Shown one piece after another: positions 1-14,216 of a stretch of 64,000 nt of DNA (the stretch's first letter is position 1; the number at the start of each line of letters is the position of its first letter). This DNA comes from the human T2T-CHM13v2.0 reference genome, Homo sapiens: assembly GCF_009914755.1 (NCBI RefSeq), contig NC_060940.1. One strand, written 5' to 3'. The notes below the pieces were generated by a model that was not told the DNA's origin, did no database searches, and worked only from the letters and a program-made list of their open reading frames with translations. The translations under genes were made by a program, and so were the position numbers.

Positions 1-616
1 CGGATATGAATGATTGAAGTGCGGAAATGCCTGAGCTACAGTAACTGACATAGTTACAAAGCAGCCCTGGTGCCCAGAGGAGGTAGTGGCCGATTTGGTC
101 TGAATGGAACCTCCAGATTAGAGGAGGAGATAACAGCCCAGTGGAATCTCAGATTTTCAAAGCAGTGCAAGAGCATGGAAGGACGTCATAGACAGTGGGA
201 GTCGAATGTTCAAAGGAAAAGAAAGAACAGGATGTGGTCATGGAATTGTTTGGCTTTCAAGAGCCACTGAAGGGCTTTCAGCATTCAAGTGGCACAGTCA
301 GAGCTGCATTTTCAGAACAGTCATTAGCTGAAGCAAGTTAATCTCCCTGAGCCTCAGTGTGTTTATCTACGAAATGGGGGTAATTGACACAGATGTAGGA
401 TGTCCACCCCTGTCCCTGGTGAAGGGGGAAATTCCCAGCCATTCTGCCCTGTCTCTCTTCCATGTGGAAGGCTAAGATGTCCTATCATGACTGCATCTGC
501 ACTGAAGGTGTCTAGGGCCCCTCCTTCTCTCGTTTTGGTTGGGGGAATGGGAGATAGTTGCAGATATTCAGGATTGTTGGATGGTGCCTTGACCGGTGGT
601 GATGGGTCAGGGAGAG

Positions 617-957
617 TGTATTAGTCCGTTTTCATGCTGCTGATAAAGACATACCCGAGACTGTGTAATTTATGAAAAAGAGGTTTAATGGACCTGGGGA
701 GGCCTCAATCATGGTGGAAGGCTAAAGTCACGTCTTACATGGTAGCAGTCAAGAGAGAATGAGAGCTAAGCGAAAGGGGAAACCCCTTATAAAATCATCC
801 GATCTTGTGAGACTTATTCACTACCACTAGAACAGTAGGCAGGAAACCGCTCCCATGATTCAATTATCTCCCACCAGGTCCCTCCCACAACACGTGGAAA
901 TTACGGGAGCTACAATTCAAGACGAGATTTGGGTGGGGACACAGCCAAACCATATCA
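617..957 (-). mobile_element. THE1-family (ERVL-MaLR) solo LTR
   Basis: tgtattagtccgttttcatgctgctgataaagacatacc...ggggacacagccaaaccatatca. TG..CA ends, 5-bp TSD gagag/gaggg. Confidence 0.9.
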
Positions 958-2726
958 GAGGGTGTCCACTGTCAAGGACAGCTCAGCACCAAGCCCTTCT
1001 TACTGGGCTCTGGAGTTTCTCAGCTGAGAACTCTTCTTCTTTCCATCTCCAATTCCTCTGCTCACTTGTCTTCCAGCTAAGTCACCTCCCTGCCCCCTCC
1101 CTGCACATGTCCCGGCCCCAGCTCTCTCTGGAATCCAGGAGCAGGAAGTCCCTGTCTCCACCTGACTCTACATCTTAGGAAAGTGACTCCCTTGAGTCAT
1201 TGTTTCTGTGTTAGTAAGCATTGAGGAAGGAAAATACATCCCTTGGGTACCAGGGAGAGAACAGAGGGAGGCAAGAAATAAACTGAAGGTGCCCATCCTA
1301 GCACTTGGAGCCCTGTCTTGCCATGCACGTAAGCAGAGGGTCTGCAGGAGCCACTCAGACTGGCAGCTTTTCTTTTTTATTGTGCTGGGGAAGAAAGAGG
1401 TTAAAAAGAGTTCTCTTGCTGTGGAAGTGTGTGACAGGGACCCTCTTCCTAAGGTGTCCCAAATCCCTGCATCTGCCTGGCCTTTGTCACTGTGGCTGTG
1501 ATGAGAGAGAAGATGGTGAGGACAGGAGATAGGAATGCTGTGAGCTGGCAAGCTCAGCTCGGAAGCTTCAGTGCATGGGTGCATGATCTGGAAGCTTCTG
1601 TGCATGAGTTTAGCCAGACCTTTTGCTGCTGGGATAAGAGCTGAGTGGGGTGTGCAGAGCTGCCTTCCTGCTGCTAAGCTTATTCTATATGTCACCCCTT
1701 CTAGCCTGAGTCCTCTGTTGCATCCTCTGGTCCTCCAGCTGAGTTGAGTGTAGCATCTAATTTCCTCAATCACCTGAACTCTGGCCCTGATTGGTTCCCT
1801 TACCCTCCTGAGCCTTAATTTCCTGCAATATGGGATTCACAATGGCACCTACTTCCTATGATGTTATGCAATACAAATGAGTAACAATAAGTGAAAACCT
1901 GGAATTGTTTGGTCAGTAGAAAAGTGCTCAAAAATGTAATGGTGGTTAGTATTGTTGCCTGCAAAATATCTGACACAGTGCATGCAGTGAATACTTCAAT
2001 CTGATTCTTTCTTCCTCCAGGAAGCCTTCCTAGAAGTCCCCAAACCAGGTTAGGACTCTTCGTAATGGGGTTCTGCCTTGTGCTTCCTACAGGGCTTCTT
2101 GAGACAATCTGCTGGTCATTGTTCTGTCTGGCATAATCACAACCAAAGAATGTTCAAAGAATATTCCCCCGGTTGGGAGAGTGGGAGAGGGGGTGACACG
2201 CAGAAAATACCGATGTGTCTGTGAGCCACACTGGTTAACTGGCCCTGAATATGACCACAGCACAGCTCATAGAAGGAAGCCCCAAGACAACAGGAGAGGC
2301 TGTTAAAATATTAAATTAATCATCTCTGTAATTAATTTGCAAAATATTTCTTCCTCTCTGGAGTTAAGGGTCAGAGAACGTGCTTGTTTCTTTATTGCTG
2401 TATCCCCAGTGCTTAGCAGGTTCTTAGTGAACATTAAATACTTGAATTAATAAAGGAACAAGTGCCCTAATTTTAGTTTTGTCAGTCATTCACTCATTCT
2501 GTCATTCAACAAACATTTATTGAACATGTACTATGAGCCAGGAGCTATTGCAGGCTCTTGGGTTACACCAGTAAACCAAAACAGCAAAGATACTTGCCCT
2601 CATGGGGCTTACCTTCTAGCTGGGCATTGACACATTGCCTGTTACCTCAGAGGGATCAATATACAATCATCTCCCCTGGAACCATCCTCTCTTGATTGAG
2701 TTCAGCTATTCAAAGTGCGAGGTCAG

Positions 2727-3052
2727 GGCTGGATGCAGAATCACCCCTGTAATCTTAGCACTTTGGGAAGCCAGGGCAGGTGGATTGCTTGAGGCCAGGA
2801 TACCAGCCTGGGCAACATAGTGAGACCTTGTCTCTACAAAAAATAAAAAATAAAAAAATTAGCCGGACATGGTGGCACTTACCTGTAGCCCTAGCTACTT
2901 GGGAGGCTGAGGCAGGAGGATCACTGAGCCCAGGATTTCGAGTCCGCAGTGAGCTATGATCATGTTACTACCCTCTAGGCTGCAGTGAGTCATGATCATG
3001 CTATTGCAATCTAGGCTGGGTGGCAGAGCAAGACCCTGTGTCTGAAAATATA
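2727..3052 (+). mobile_element. AluJ-like, with an internal 36-bp tandem duplication
   Basis: Alu dimer sequence; TSD-like aaagtgcgaggtca/aaagtgtgaagtca. Confidence 0.88.
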
Positions 3053-3207
3053 AAAGTGTGAAGTCAATAGAAAACATTACCTGTTGTTTCAGAGTCAACA
3101 GAAGGCACCTATACAAAGCTAAGTGTGGCTACAAATGAACACCAGCTGCTCATAACTGGCCCCCAGACTCCTTCCAACTGCCCTGACATGCTTGCTCTCT
3201 TTCCCAG

Positions 3208-3381
3208 GTCATGCTTTCAGAACGAAAAGGCACAGATGAGCTCTATGCTGTGAAGATCCTGAAGAAGGACGTTGTGATCCAAGATGATGACGTGGAGTGC
3301 ACTATGGTGGAGAAGCGGGTGTTGGCCCTGCCTGGGAAGCCGCCCTTCCTGACCCAGCTCCACTCCTGCTTCCAGACCATG
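3208..3381 (+). CDS. PRKCB: PRKCB coding exon (about exon 10), V356-M413, contains catalytic Lys371 (YAVK)
   Basis: ctctctttcccag|GTC ATG ... ACC ATG|gtaact. Translates [58 protein letters not shown]. Phase 0/0. Confidence 0.98.
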
Positions 3382-4806
3382 GTAACTTGTCCCATGGCCC
3401 TGGGTATTCCACCTCCAGGGCTTCACCAGGCTTTGGCCAAAGCTATCTTAGCAGCACCCAGCACAGAGATACCTGCACCCTTCCCTTTCTAGACACAGAA
3501 AGATGTAAGGCCCAGGGAAGTCAGCTGAGAGTTCTGAGGTTGCTACTGAGAAACGCTCTCCCCTGAGACAGATGCTGTCTCAACTTAGATAAAGGAATTC
3601 AGGCAACTGGTTTTATAATTAACAGAGCAGGGCCTTTCTCTGACAGCAAGGAGTGACTTGGGGACAGGAGCTGGGTGAAAAGGTTCACAGCTTGTGGATC
3701 TAGATGGTTCCATTCAGCCCTCTAGACCTTTGGATAAATGCACAAGTACATCTCTGCAGGTTGCCTGAGGCCTTTGCATGGGCCTCATTGGAGGGAGGAT
3801 GTTGCCTGAGAACACAGCCCTCGAGGACTCTCAGGGAAGGTACACAGTGTCCTGGGAAGGAGCTAGTGAGTTCAGAGCCATGGCTGCCAAGGTGAGAAGG
3901 GAGCACTTGTCCATTTGTCCATTTTCTGCTCTTGACTGTGATTTCAACCCTATCTGCAAGAGCAAGAGTCCCTGCTTTAAGTAACCTCTTACCTTTCCCT
4001 GTTCAAATTAGACCTTGGTTTCCATACCCAGGGATGGAGAGGCCAGAGCCCAAATGCAAAGGGGTACAAAGTTAATTGATGCCTTTTAGGATTCTCAGGG
4101 CCAATGACCTGGTGACTTAAGATGTTTTGGGGACTTTTCAAGATTAATTTTGACTCTATCCAGTTCTCAACTTACTGAGTAGAGTGACTGATTTTAGAGC
4201 CCAACCCATATATGAGATGGGACACTACAGTACTTTGCATCTAATTTGATGTCTTTAGTGATTTCCCTCTCACTTTAATTCTTTTCTTTTATCTGTTCTA
4301 TTATCTGCTGAAGATATCCTGGGCTGTGTGACCTGTAGCATTTTCACAGTCTGGATTTCACTGACTGTACGGTCTTGGGGCACCTCAACATGTTTCCTCT
4401 GTCTTCTGTATTTCGTGCAATTGGCAGCTGGTTCTGGAGGCTTGGTCAGACTCAGCTAGGATCTCTTTGGCAAGACCATAGATGGTGACCTGTTCTTTCA
4501 TCTGAAGTCGTATAATGGCTTGTTGTCTCTCATAGTGAAGTTGGCAGCGACTGATGGTTGGTGCCTAGATCTGTTAACTCATTAGGGATTGTAAAATGGT
4601 GATATCCTAATTCTATCATTTATTTTTCATTTACTAGTGAGAATGCCTTTATAAAGAAGGGCCTCCCTTCACCTATTACTTAGTTCCCTAGTGGTATAGT
4701 TCCTGTGAGAAAGGCAGGATAAATGCTTGATTCTTTCTCTTTATTTAATAGTTCTCAAGATAATAAATTGGTTCACTGTTGTGCTCCAAGGGTGGCTAAA
4801 GTTGGC

Positions 4807-5098
4807 TTTTTTTTTTCTAAATGGGTCTGGCTCTGTCTCCCCAGCTAGAGTGCAGTGGCATGATCATGGCTGACTGCAGCCTCGATCTCCCATGCTCAAG
4901 TGATCTTCCCACCTCAACCTCCCTAGTAGCTAGGACTACAGGCACACACCACCACGCCCAGCTAATTTTTGAACTTTTAGTAGAGACCGGGTTTCACCAT
5001 GTTGTCCAGGCTGGTCTTGAACTCCTGGACTCAAGTGATTCACCTGCTTCGGCCTCCCAAGGTGCTGGGATTACAGGCATGAGTCACCATGCCCGGCC
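4807..5098 (-). mobile_element. Alu
   Basis: Antisense dimer; TSD aaagttggctttt on both sides. Confidence 0.9.
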
Positions 5099-5786
5099 AA
5101 AGTTGGCTTTTAAAATAAACTGTTTTGAGTGGAAGAAGAGACAATAGAAAGAAAAATATTAAGTGAATGATAATTTACATCATGCAATGGAGACTTGGCA
5201 AAGACCAGGAAAGGGGTACACCTAACCTTACTAGTCCAAATCTCTAGTCTTACCATGGGGATTTAAGGCCTAAAGGTGTTCAAGTGGTGATAGAGACAAG
5301 GCTGGGATTTAAACCTCTAGGCTCCCCTACTCCCTTACCTTCTCCCTTTTCCATTGGTTATCCCCAGATGGATTCATTGACATCATCAGGCAAAGGACAG
5401 TCTCCGTCCAGTAAATCAACTAAGTAAGAAAGGGACCTTGTGCCCAGCATAGAGGCTGAGCAGCAGCAGTTTTCCATTTTAGTTGGATATGTTGAGAGTG
5501 GGAGAAATGAATCATGGGTGACTAATGTTCATTGTAGTGTCTTTGTGGTTTATTATTTTAAAAATGATTAAATAGAGTAGATTTGAGATTATTCTTTTAA
5601 TATTGAACCAACCTACTCACCTATATTTCAATATGCTTTCTGGAATTAGAGAGTAGGGGCTGGGTGTACATGGAAATTTTGCAGAAGTCTGGGTCCCCTC
5701 CAGGGATTGTCATGTGCCAGGGAAGAGAGACTGAGAACCAGGAGAGCCTAGAACACAAGAGCCCAGTGGGTTTGGGTCTTGCATGG

Positions 5787-6158
5787 TGACATGATTTGGC
5801 TGTGTCCCCACCCAAATCTCATCTTGAATTGTAGTTCCCATAATCCCCATATGTCGTGGGAGGGACCAAGTGGGAGGTAATTGAATCATGGGGGCGGTTA
5901 CCTCCATGCTAGTTATGATAGTGAGTGAATTCTCACAAGATCTGATGGTTTAAGAGGGACTTTTACCCCACTTCGCTCTGCACTTCTCCTTGCTGCTGCC
6001 ACGTGAAGAAAGACACGTGTGCTTCCCTTTCTGCCATGATTGTAAGTTTCCTGAGGCCTCTCTAGCCATGCTGAACTCCGAGTCAATTAAACCCCTTTCC
6101 TTTATAAATTATCCCATCTCAGGTATGTCTAATGGACTAATGAGAATGGACTAATACA
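5787..6158 (+). mobile_element. THE1-family solo LTR
   Basis: tgacatgatttggctgtgtccccacccaaatctc...ggactaataca, with perfect 5-bp TSD CATGG (5782-5786 and 6159-6163). Confidence 0.92.
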
Positions 6159-6515
6159 CATGGGAATGAAGGCCTCCCATGTTGGAGACCAATGCAAGTA
6201 ATTGAATCGTGGGGGCAGTCACCTCCATGCTAGTCATGAGAGTGAGTGAATTCTCACGAGATCTGATGGTTTTATGAGGGACTTTTACCCCATTTCGCTC
6301 TGCACTTCTCCTTGCTGGTGCCATGTGAAGGACACGTTTGCTTCCCCTTCTGCCGTGATTCTAAGTTTCCTGAGGCCTCTCTAGCCGTGCTGAACTCCAA
6401 GTCAATTAAACCCCTTTCCTTTATAAATTACCGAGTCTCAGGTATGTCTAATGGACTAATGAGAATGGACTAATACACATGGGAATGAAGGCCTTCCCAT
6501 GTGGAGACCAATGCA
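5877..6515 (+). repeat. Tandem duplication of about 320 bp (3' part of the THE1 LTR plus right flank)
   Basis: gtaattgaatc...ctaatacacatgggaatgaaggcc...gagaccaatgca occurs at 5877-6196 and 6198-6515. Confidence 0.93.
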
Positions 6516-7051
6516 GAATCTCCCCAACCGACAAGTCCAAGGATGGAACAGATTGCTTTCTCAGTTGTTGAGGGTCTGATGAAGTCTTTAACCTATCTCT
6601 AGGGATTGTATCGATTGAAAGAAAAAAGTGCTTGGAGAGACGCACTCACTGCAAGCAAGAGACCCTGAGATGCCAAGTGCAGTTGGCTGAAGGAAGAGCA
6701 GATCCCCTTCCATCTCACCTGCACTCTGCGCATATGCTCATTGAGTGAAATGCTCCAATTTAAATTATTTTTTCTCACTTCTTTGTGGGCTAAGCACATA
6801 TATTTTAATGTTGCATAAATTAAATTTATTTTCAAAGACTTATAATAATGCCTACTATATGTGAGGCACAAGGCAAACAATTTTAAGTCTCTTGACAACT
6901 TAGATAGGTTCTGTCATCATTCCCATTGTGTAGACCAGGGGACTGAGGCCACACAGCTAGTACATTTCAGGGCCAGGATTTGAACCCAGGCAGTCTGGCT
7001 TTAAGGAGTTTTGCATTTAATTGCTATGCTCTGAGATCTTTTTAAAAAAAC

Positions 7052-7077
7052 ATGTATATGTATATGTATATGTATAA

Positions 7078-7121
<44 letters not shown>

Positions 7122-7194
7122 GTGTGTATGTGTGTGTGTGTGTATGTGTATGTGTGTGTATGTGTATGTGTGTGTATATGTATAAGTATATGTA

Positions 7195-7195
<1 letters not shown>
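7052..7195. repeat. (TGTATA)n/(TG)n compound microsatellite occupying the tail of an antisense Alu
   Basis: Directly visible; gives the HI/TY-repeat ORFs at 7001-7258. Confidence 0.95.
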
Positions 7196-7484
<289 letters not shown>

Positions 7485-8236
7485 TGAAGTCTTTTGAGTG
7501 TGGATCACCCAAAGACCACTCCACCTGACACCCCTGGGTTAGAATCCCTCCTGCAGGCCTGTCTCCAGGCTCCACCAGGAGCCTGTGCTCTAATCTAGCC
7601 ATGGTCACCTCTCACCTGTTCAGTGAAGCCACACTACCTCCACCTCTTAGCTTCCCTATCTCTGCATAAAACTTGATGTTCCATCTGAGCCTCTACCATG
7701 CATGGGTCTTCAACAACGTTGCTTCATTCCAGCCTCACAAAAATCTTGCAGTGAAAGGGATTATCTACTCTCCCATTTTGCAGGTGAAAGGATTGAGAAT
7801 CAGGGCTGCATGGTAGTTCTTCCTCGACACAGCACTGGGTCATTGGCTCATTGAGCTCAGAGCCCAAGCTTTTGTTAGTACATCATGTTGAGTTGCCACC
7901 AAAATGGCCTTGACAATGATGATACAAACAAGAACAAAAAGCAGCAGCTAACAGTAATAGGTTGGGCACTCTACTCAGCACTCTAGCTGTATTATCTCAT
8001 TTTATCCTCCTGATACCTCTATTGGAAAGGTACTATTACTAACTTTAATTTACAGACAAGAATGCTGACATTCAGAGAAGTTAAGTAACTGGTGCACTGT
8101 CACACAGCTGCTAAGTAGTGGAGCTAAGATTTGCTCTGCAAGACTCTAGAACCCCAAACCCGGAAGCCTTTGCTAACCTACCTGTGCCTTAACTTCACAT
8201 TCCTGGTTTTGGCTTATAGAATATTTTCACTTTACA

Positions 8237-8540
<304 letters not shown>

Positions 8541-9089
8541 ATATTTTCACTCTTACGATCACATCTAATCTTCACAAAAGCACTATAAGTATTATGGTCC
8601 ACATTTCTATTCAATGGAAACTGACCCCCAGAAAGATGAAATGGCTCAAGTTCCACAATCAGTAAGTGGCAGTTCCAGGGCTTGAGCTCAGGTTTTCTAA
8701 TAGCCCTTTGGGTGTTTTTTTTTTTTTTTTTTTAATACTATGGAAGTTACTCCGCTTATCCTACAGGGATATTGCAAGGATTAGATAAGATTTTATCCAT
8801 GGGAATGATTATTAAAATTTAGGGAGCACTGCATATACATGAGGCAAGCCATTGTTATCATGACTAAAATGAGCAGGAAGGTGACACCTCTTTCTGGGGA
8901 TGTCCTTGAAAATGGTCATCTGGCTCCTGCTCATTTTCTAGCATTGCATGGCCTGGATCTGCAGAGCAGGGCTTCAGAGGAGGCAGTGGAGCTGGAATAG
9001 GCCATATCCCTAAAAGGGCATTACTGCCTGTATACAGAGGGTATTACTGCCTGTATGCTGCCTGTATACAGAGGGTACTAATGCTTATT

Positions 9090-9485
9090 GATTATTTCAA
9101 CAAAGACTTATTCATTGAAATAATTGTATCAGGCCCCATTGCATCACCATGATGAGGTACAAAACAGATAAAGTCCCTGTTTCTTTGGAATTTACATTCT
9201 CTTGGGGGAGACTGATAATAAACTATAATAATGACACAAAGTAAAGAGGATGGAGATGGATGGATTGGGGCAGAGAGATGCTATTTTTGATAGGATCATC
9301 AAGGAAGGTCTCTCTGATAAGGATGACATCTGAGCAGAGACCAGGGCAAGCAAGGGAGCGGGGCATGTGGCTATCTGGGGGCAGAGTGTTCCAGGCAGCA
9401 GGAAGAGTGAGTGTGAATGCCCGCGGCATGAGCATGCTCCGCGTGTTTGAGGAACAGCGAGGAGGCCGGTGTCGCCCCGGTGGAT
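9090..9485 (-). mobile_element. L2 fragment
   Basis: L2-type motifs: ggaaggtctctctgataaggatgacatctgagcagagacc, agagtgttccaggcag, gtttgaggaacagcgaggaggcc. Confidence 0.7.
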
Positions 9486-10884
9486 TGTCATTTTGTATTT
9501 TGTGACCCAGAATTCTTTTTGAATCAGCTACCTTTAAAAAAAAAAGAGACAAATCCAATATAACATGCTGTAAATTTGATGTTTTTCTTTCTAGAGACTC
9601 AGAATTTTAAAGATAAAAGATTCTTAATAGGCTCTTAAAAAATCTCAAAAGTGGCCAAAATACTGGATAAAAGTGAAAGAGACAACCAGCAATGTACAAA
9701 ACCATTTTTTAAAAATCAATTTTTAAATGATGTAAATTCGATTTTTAAAAACTTATTTAAAAAAGCAAAGTTACATCAGAAATAATCTTATATTGGAATA
9801 AAAATATCTTTCAAACATATGCACAGCACGGTGTTAACAGAAAATGTAGGATATTAAATCCTATTTAAGATATTATTTTAAGTGTGTTAAAATTGAATAT
9901 TCACATGGAAAAGAATCAGAAGGGGGCATAAACAAATCAAAATATTGATTTGATTTAGGGAGGGGTCTGTGGATAAGTGCCTTCTTTTTGAACTTACATC
10001 ATTGCAGAAGTAGTTATAATATAGTTGTTTAAGTTTTTTTTAATGTACCACAAGATGGCAAAGTTAATATCCAAATAGATGCAAAAGCTCCCAGAAGGGG
10101 GTTGAGTTTTCAGAGATTTGCTCATTAGATGGTTTAGGCAAATTGTCCTAGAAGCACAAAGGGATAATAAGCCTGTACTCCACAGTCAGGTGAATCTGGA
10201 TCTGTGATTGCTTGCTAGATGACCTCTAGGAAGTCACTTAACAGCTCTGAATATGGATTTCATCATCTTTAAAGTGGGCATAATCAGGGAGGATTGAAAG
10301 AGATGGTGAATAAAATATAATAAACATGAAATGGAGGTTGCCGGCATTATTAGAGCTGGACTGGAGGTGCACCTTGCTGCATAGGTACGAAAGAATTATG
10401 TTTCTTCCATTCCTTTTGCAGTTTTTCTCAGGGACAATTGTCAGCCCGGCACATTCATGCAATTTCCCAACTGCCAGTGGGCACAGGCAGTTAAGTTTCT
10501 TTAGCAAAACATCTATTTTAACTGTTTTCTTTTCAATTGAACATATGCACCTCTTTTTTTTTTTAAATAGAATTAGATTTTATGAGTCATTGAAGGACAG
10601 AAGTTACTTCCTCCCCAAATTTGCTGCCATGGCCCAGCAATAACTCAGTTGCAAGGCATGCTGGGAGGAACGTCAATTCAGAATGCAAGAGAGGACAGGG
10701 ATGGGGTGAGGATGATTCCCACATGTAGAGTGGACCCCTGATGGCCCAAGAATGAGCCCCGAGAATGTCCCAGGGGTCCTGGTAACTCGGGCTCAGCTCT
10801 GGGCTGGCAGCAGTACCCAAGGATATGGTTGGACTTAAGGGCATTGCTGCAGGTGGCTCTGGCTGTTGTCTCAGTCAGCAGTGA

Positions 10885-11275
<391 letters not shown>

Positions 11276-13552
11276 TGGAGAGGATTGTTGATGAGAAATT
11301 AGTTAATGCGTGCAATGTACCTTATTCAGGTGATGGGTGCCCTAAAAGCCCTGACTTGACCACTATGCAATCTATGCAGGTAACCAAAAAAAGAGGATTT
11401 TATTGGAAAGAAACCACCCAAAGACAAAGGTGTACCTGGGCCTCATGAGGAGCTAGAATCTGTAATCCTAAAGCAGTCTAGAATAGATTTCTAGGTTTCT
11501 TTGTCCTTGCTTTCTTTGTTTCTCACTGCTCCTGGTAAACATGACTTCGTTAGCTCCTTGCAGTTTGCCTATCTGGCAAATTCCCTGCATTTCAGATCAT
11601 AGTCCTGGGAAAGAGAATCTGGTTGGTTCAGCTTGGGTCAGGTGTTTATTCCTGGCCCAATCAGCTGGCAATTGGTTGCTACTAACTCACTAGGAACCTT
11701 TTAAAAGGGGTTGTATCTACAGGGAGGGAATAATTGGTGCTCATGCCAGGTGAGAGGCACCATCTTGAGTCCAAGGAGACTAACTGGATTCAAGCAGGAC
11801 ATAGTTATAGGCTAGTGGTACAAACATGGCATCATTGCCTCCCAGGGGAGGAAACTGGTGAGAGCTTGGCAGGTGTTAGTGCTTTAGCCAACTAAAGCCA
11901 TCCAAGGATCTTGAGTACAGGAAATGAATCAGAAATGCAACCCAGGCAAATAGAGCTGGGGCAGGTGGGAATAGACACAGCCTTATGCTCTCTGTTTTCT
12001 TGATGGTGGCCTTTGCATATTCATTCAATAATCAAAGATCTGTGGAATTCCGAGGAAGAATAGAGGTAGTTCTAGCCTTTGAAAACTTTGGCCTCTATGT
12101 GGAGGGACAAGGCTTAGAAAGCTGAAAACAAACAAACAAAAAAGCTAGAGGAGCATCAATTGCTTGATTCTAACAGTGATTGCAAGGCTATAAAATACAG
12201 AGGAAGGGAAAGTTGTGTGTGAACACATGTCATTGAGTGCACACTTACTTGGGTAAGGCTTTTTGAGTTTGCATGGACTTGACATGCGTCATCTGATGTA
12301 TCTTGGCAACACCCCTATGAAGAACAAGCTGTCATTACCCCCTTTTGGGAAGGTAGAGACTCTAAGTAACTGACCCAAAGTCTCAGAGCAAGTATCCAGT
12401 ATAACTGTGACTAGAACCCAGGACTAGCTGATACCAGAACCAGGGCTCTTAACCACAGCACTACACAGCCTCTCTGGAGAGAAACAGATGGTTCTGAGCA
12501 ATAAAGGGATCAGCTTCCAGACGGGATGAATCCACAGACCAGCTTGGAAAATCATTAAAGATCATTAAATAGACAAATTCTTGCAGCAACTTCCCTTGGA
12601 GCATGGTACATAGAGCTGCCCACGTGGTCGGTTTTCTCTGTTCATGGTATCTGATTAAAAGTGGCAAGTGTCCCCCTGGCAGTCACACAGGCATCATGTT
12701 ACACTCCACTTTCAGCTGTCTTAGGGGAAGATTGTCTCTTTGAATTCCCTTGCTTCCTCTGGAGACCTCCAGGTGAATTCTGCACCTCCCACCTAGTCAT
12801 CATTTTAAATCAGACTATCCTCATACTCATGTTCCAAATTTGGGAAATTCTAGCCAACCATTTTGCATAATGTAGTGACAGACAGACATTTAGTTTTATT
12901 TATTTACTGATTATGAGAGATTAAGGAGAAAGGGAATTTTAAATTACCTGAAGGCACTTGAAGCTTAGAGGGCAGCGGTAATAGTGTAATGAAGAATCAC
13001 AATAACAATGACAATTTTGAAGAAGCCCTTTAAAGTCAAGCAGACTAGCCAGTTTGAAGAGAAAGATGGTGAGTTTGCCTTTCCGAGCTTTTAATTGGAG
13101 TTGACGGTGGAACACCCACGTAGAAACGTCCTGTAGCCAGCTGGAGCTGACTGGAGCTCAGGAGAGAGGGAGAGGATAGAAATATAAGTCAAGACTCATC
13201 AGCCCAGCGAGATGAGAGTTGAAATTCTGAGCTGTGACAAGTTCTTCTTGGAAAATTGAGTAAGTAGGAGAGAGCCAATCTGGACTTCAAGTCGATACGC
13301 AAGAAATACTTTTTTTGATTTTCATATATTAGAGTCCAACAAATAAGCCCTAATCAAAAAACACTGAGTGTGGTGATAAGGAAGATTTTGCAATAATTTC
13401 GTAGGAGGAATGGGGAACAAAGGCAAATTTAAGGGTGCTATGGAGGGGAATAATATGTAAGAATTAGAGGCAGTACGTGAGGTCCATTTAGTTAGCCGAA
13501 GCCCCCATAGTTCACTCTTTATGCCTCTCATGCACTTTCTTTTATCGCATTC

Positions 13553-13864
13553 TATTTTATTTATTTATTTACTTTTATTTGAAACAGGGTCTCACTCTGT
13601 CACCCAGGCTGGAGTGCAATGGTGCAATCACTGCTCATTGCAGCCTTGACCTCCTGGGCACAAGCCGTCCTCTCACCTGAGCCTCCTGAGTAGCTGAGAC
13701 TACAGGTGTGCGCCACCATGCCTGGCTAATTTTTTTATTTTTTGTAGAGCCAGGGTCTTGCCATGTTGCCCAGGCTGACCTGGAACTTCTGGGCTCAAAA
13801 GCAATCCTTCCACCTCAGCCTCTCAAAGTGCTGGGATTGCAGGCATGAGCCCCTGTGCCCAGCC
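13553..13864 (-). mobile_element. AluJ-like
   Basis: Antisense dimer; TSD cattctatttta. Confidence 0.9.
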
Positions 13865-14216
13865 ACATTCTATTTTAGATTAGGGTTTGAATTAGTTGTA
13901 TACTTGTTTTAACCAAGATTCTGAATTCCCTGAGGGCAAGCCTGAACCTTATTCATCGTTTTCATCCTTTTAATGCCTGCCTAATGCCATGACTTGCAAA
14001 AATAAGCGCTCGATGAAAGTTCTAAAACTCACTTCTCTGCTCCAGATTGGCTCTGGATTGCCTCTGACAATATTTTCCAGATTTTGATGTTGCTTACTGT
14101 GGAGTGGGAGATGAACCTGGTGGTACATGAACACATTGCATTTATTTTTAAAATAAGTCATTTAAAGGATTGATGTACCAGAGCCAGACTGGATATTGCA
14201 TAAAGATGATGGACTC

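Noticed and set aside
1168-1773. 201-aa minus-strand ORF, the longest in the track
   Set aside because: No recognisable domain, non-ATG start and intronic antisense context. Length alone is compatible with chance.
3211-3492. ORF starting MLSERKG as a standalone protein (likewise 39601-39951 and 33887-34141)
   Set aside because: These are internal exons read through into intron. Splice sites delimit the true coding parts.
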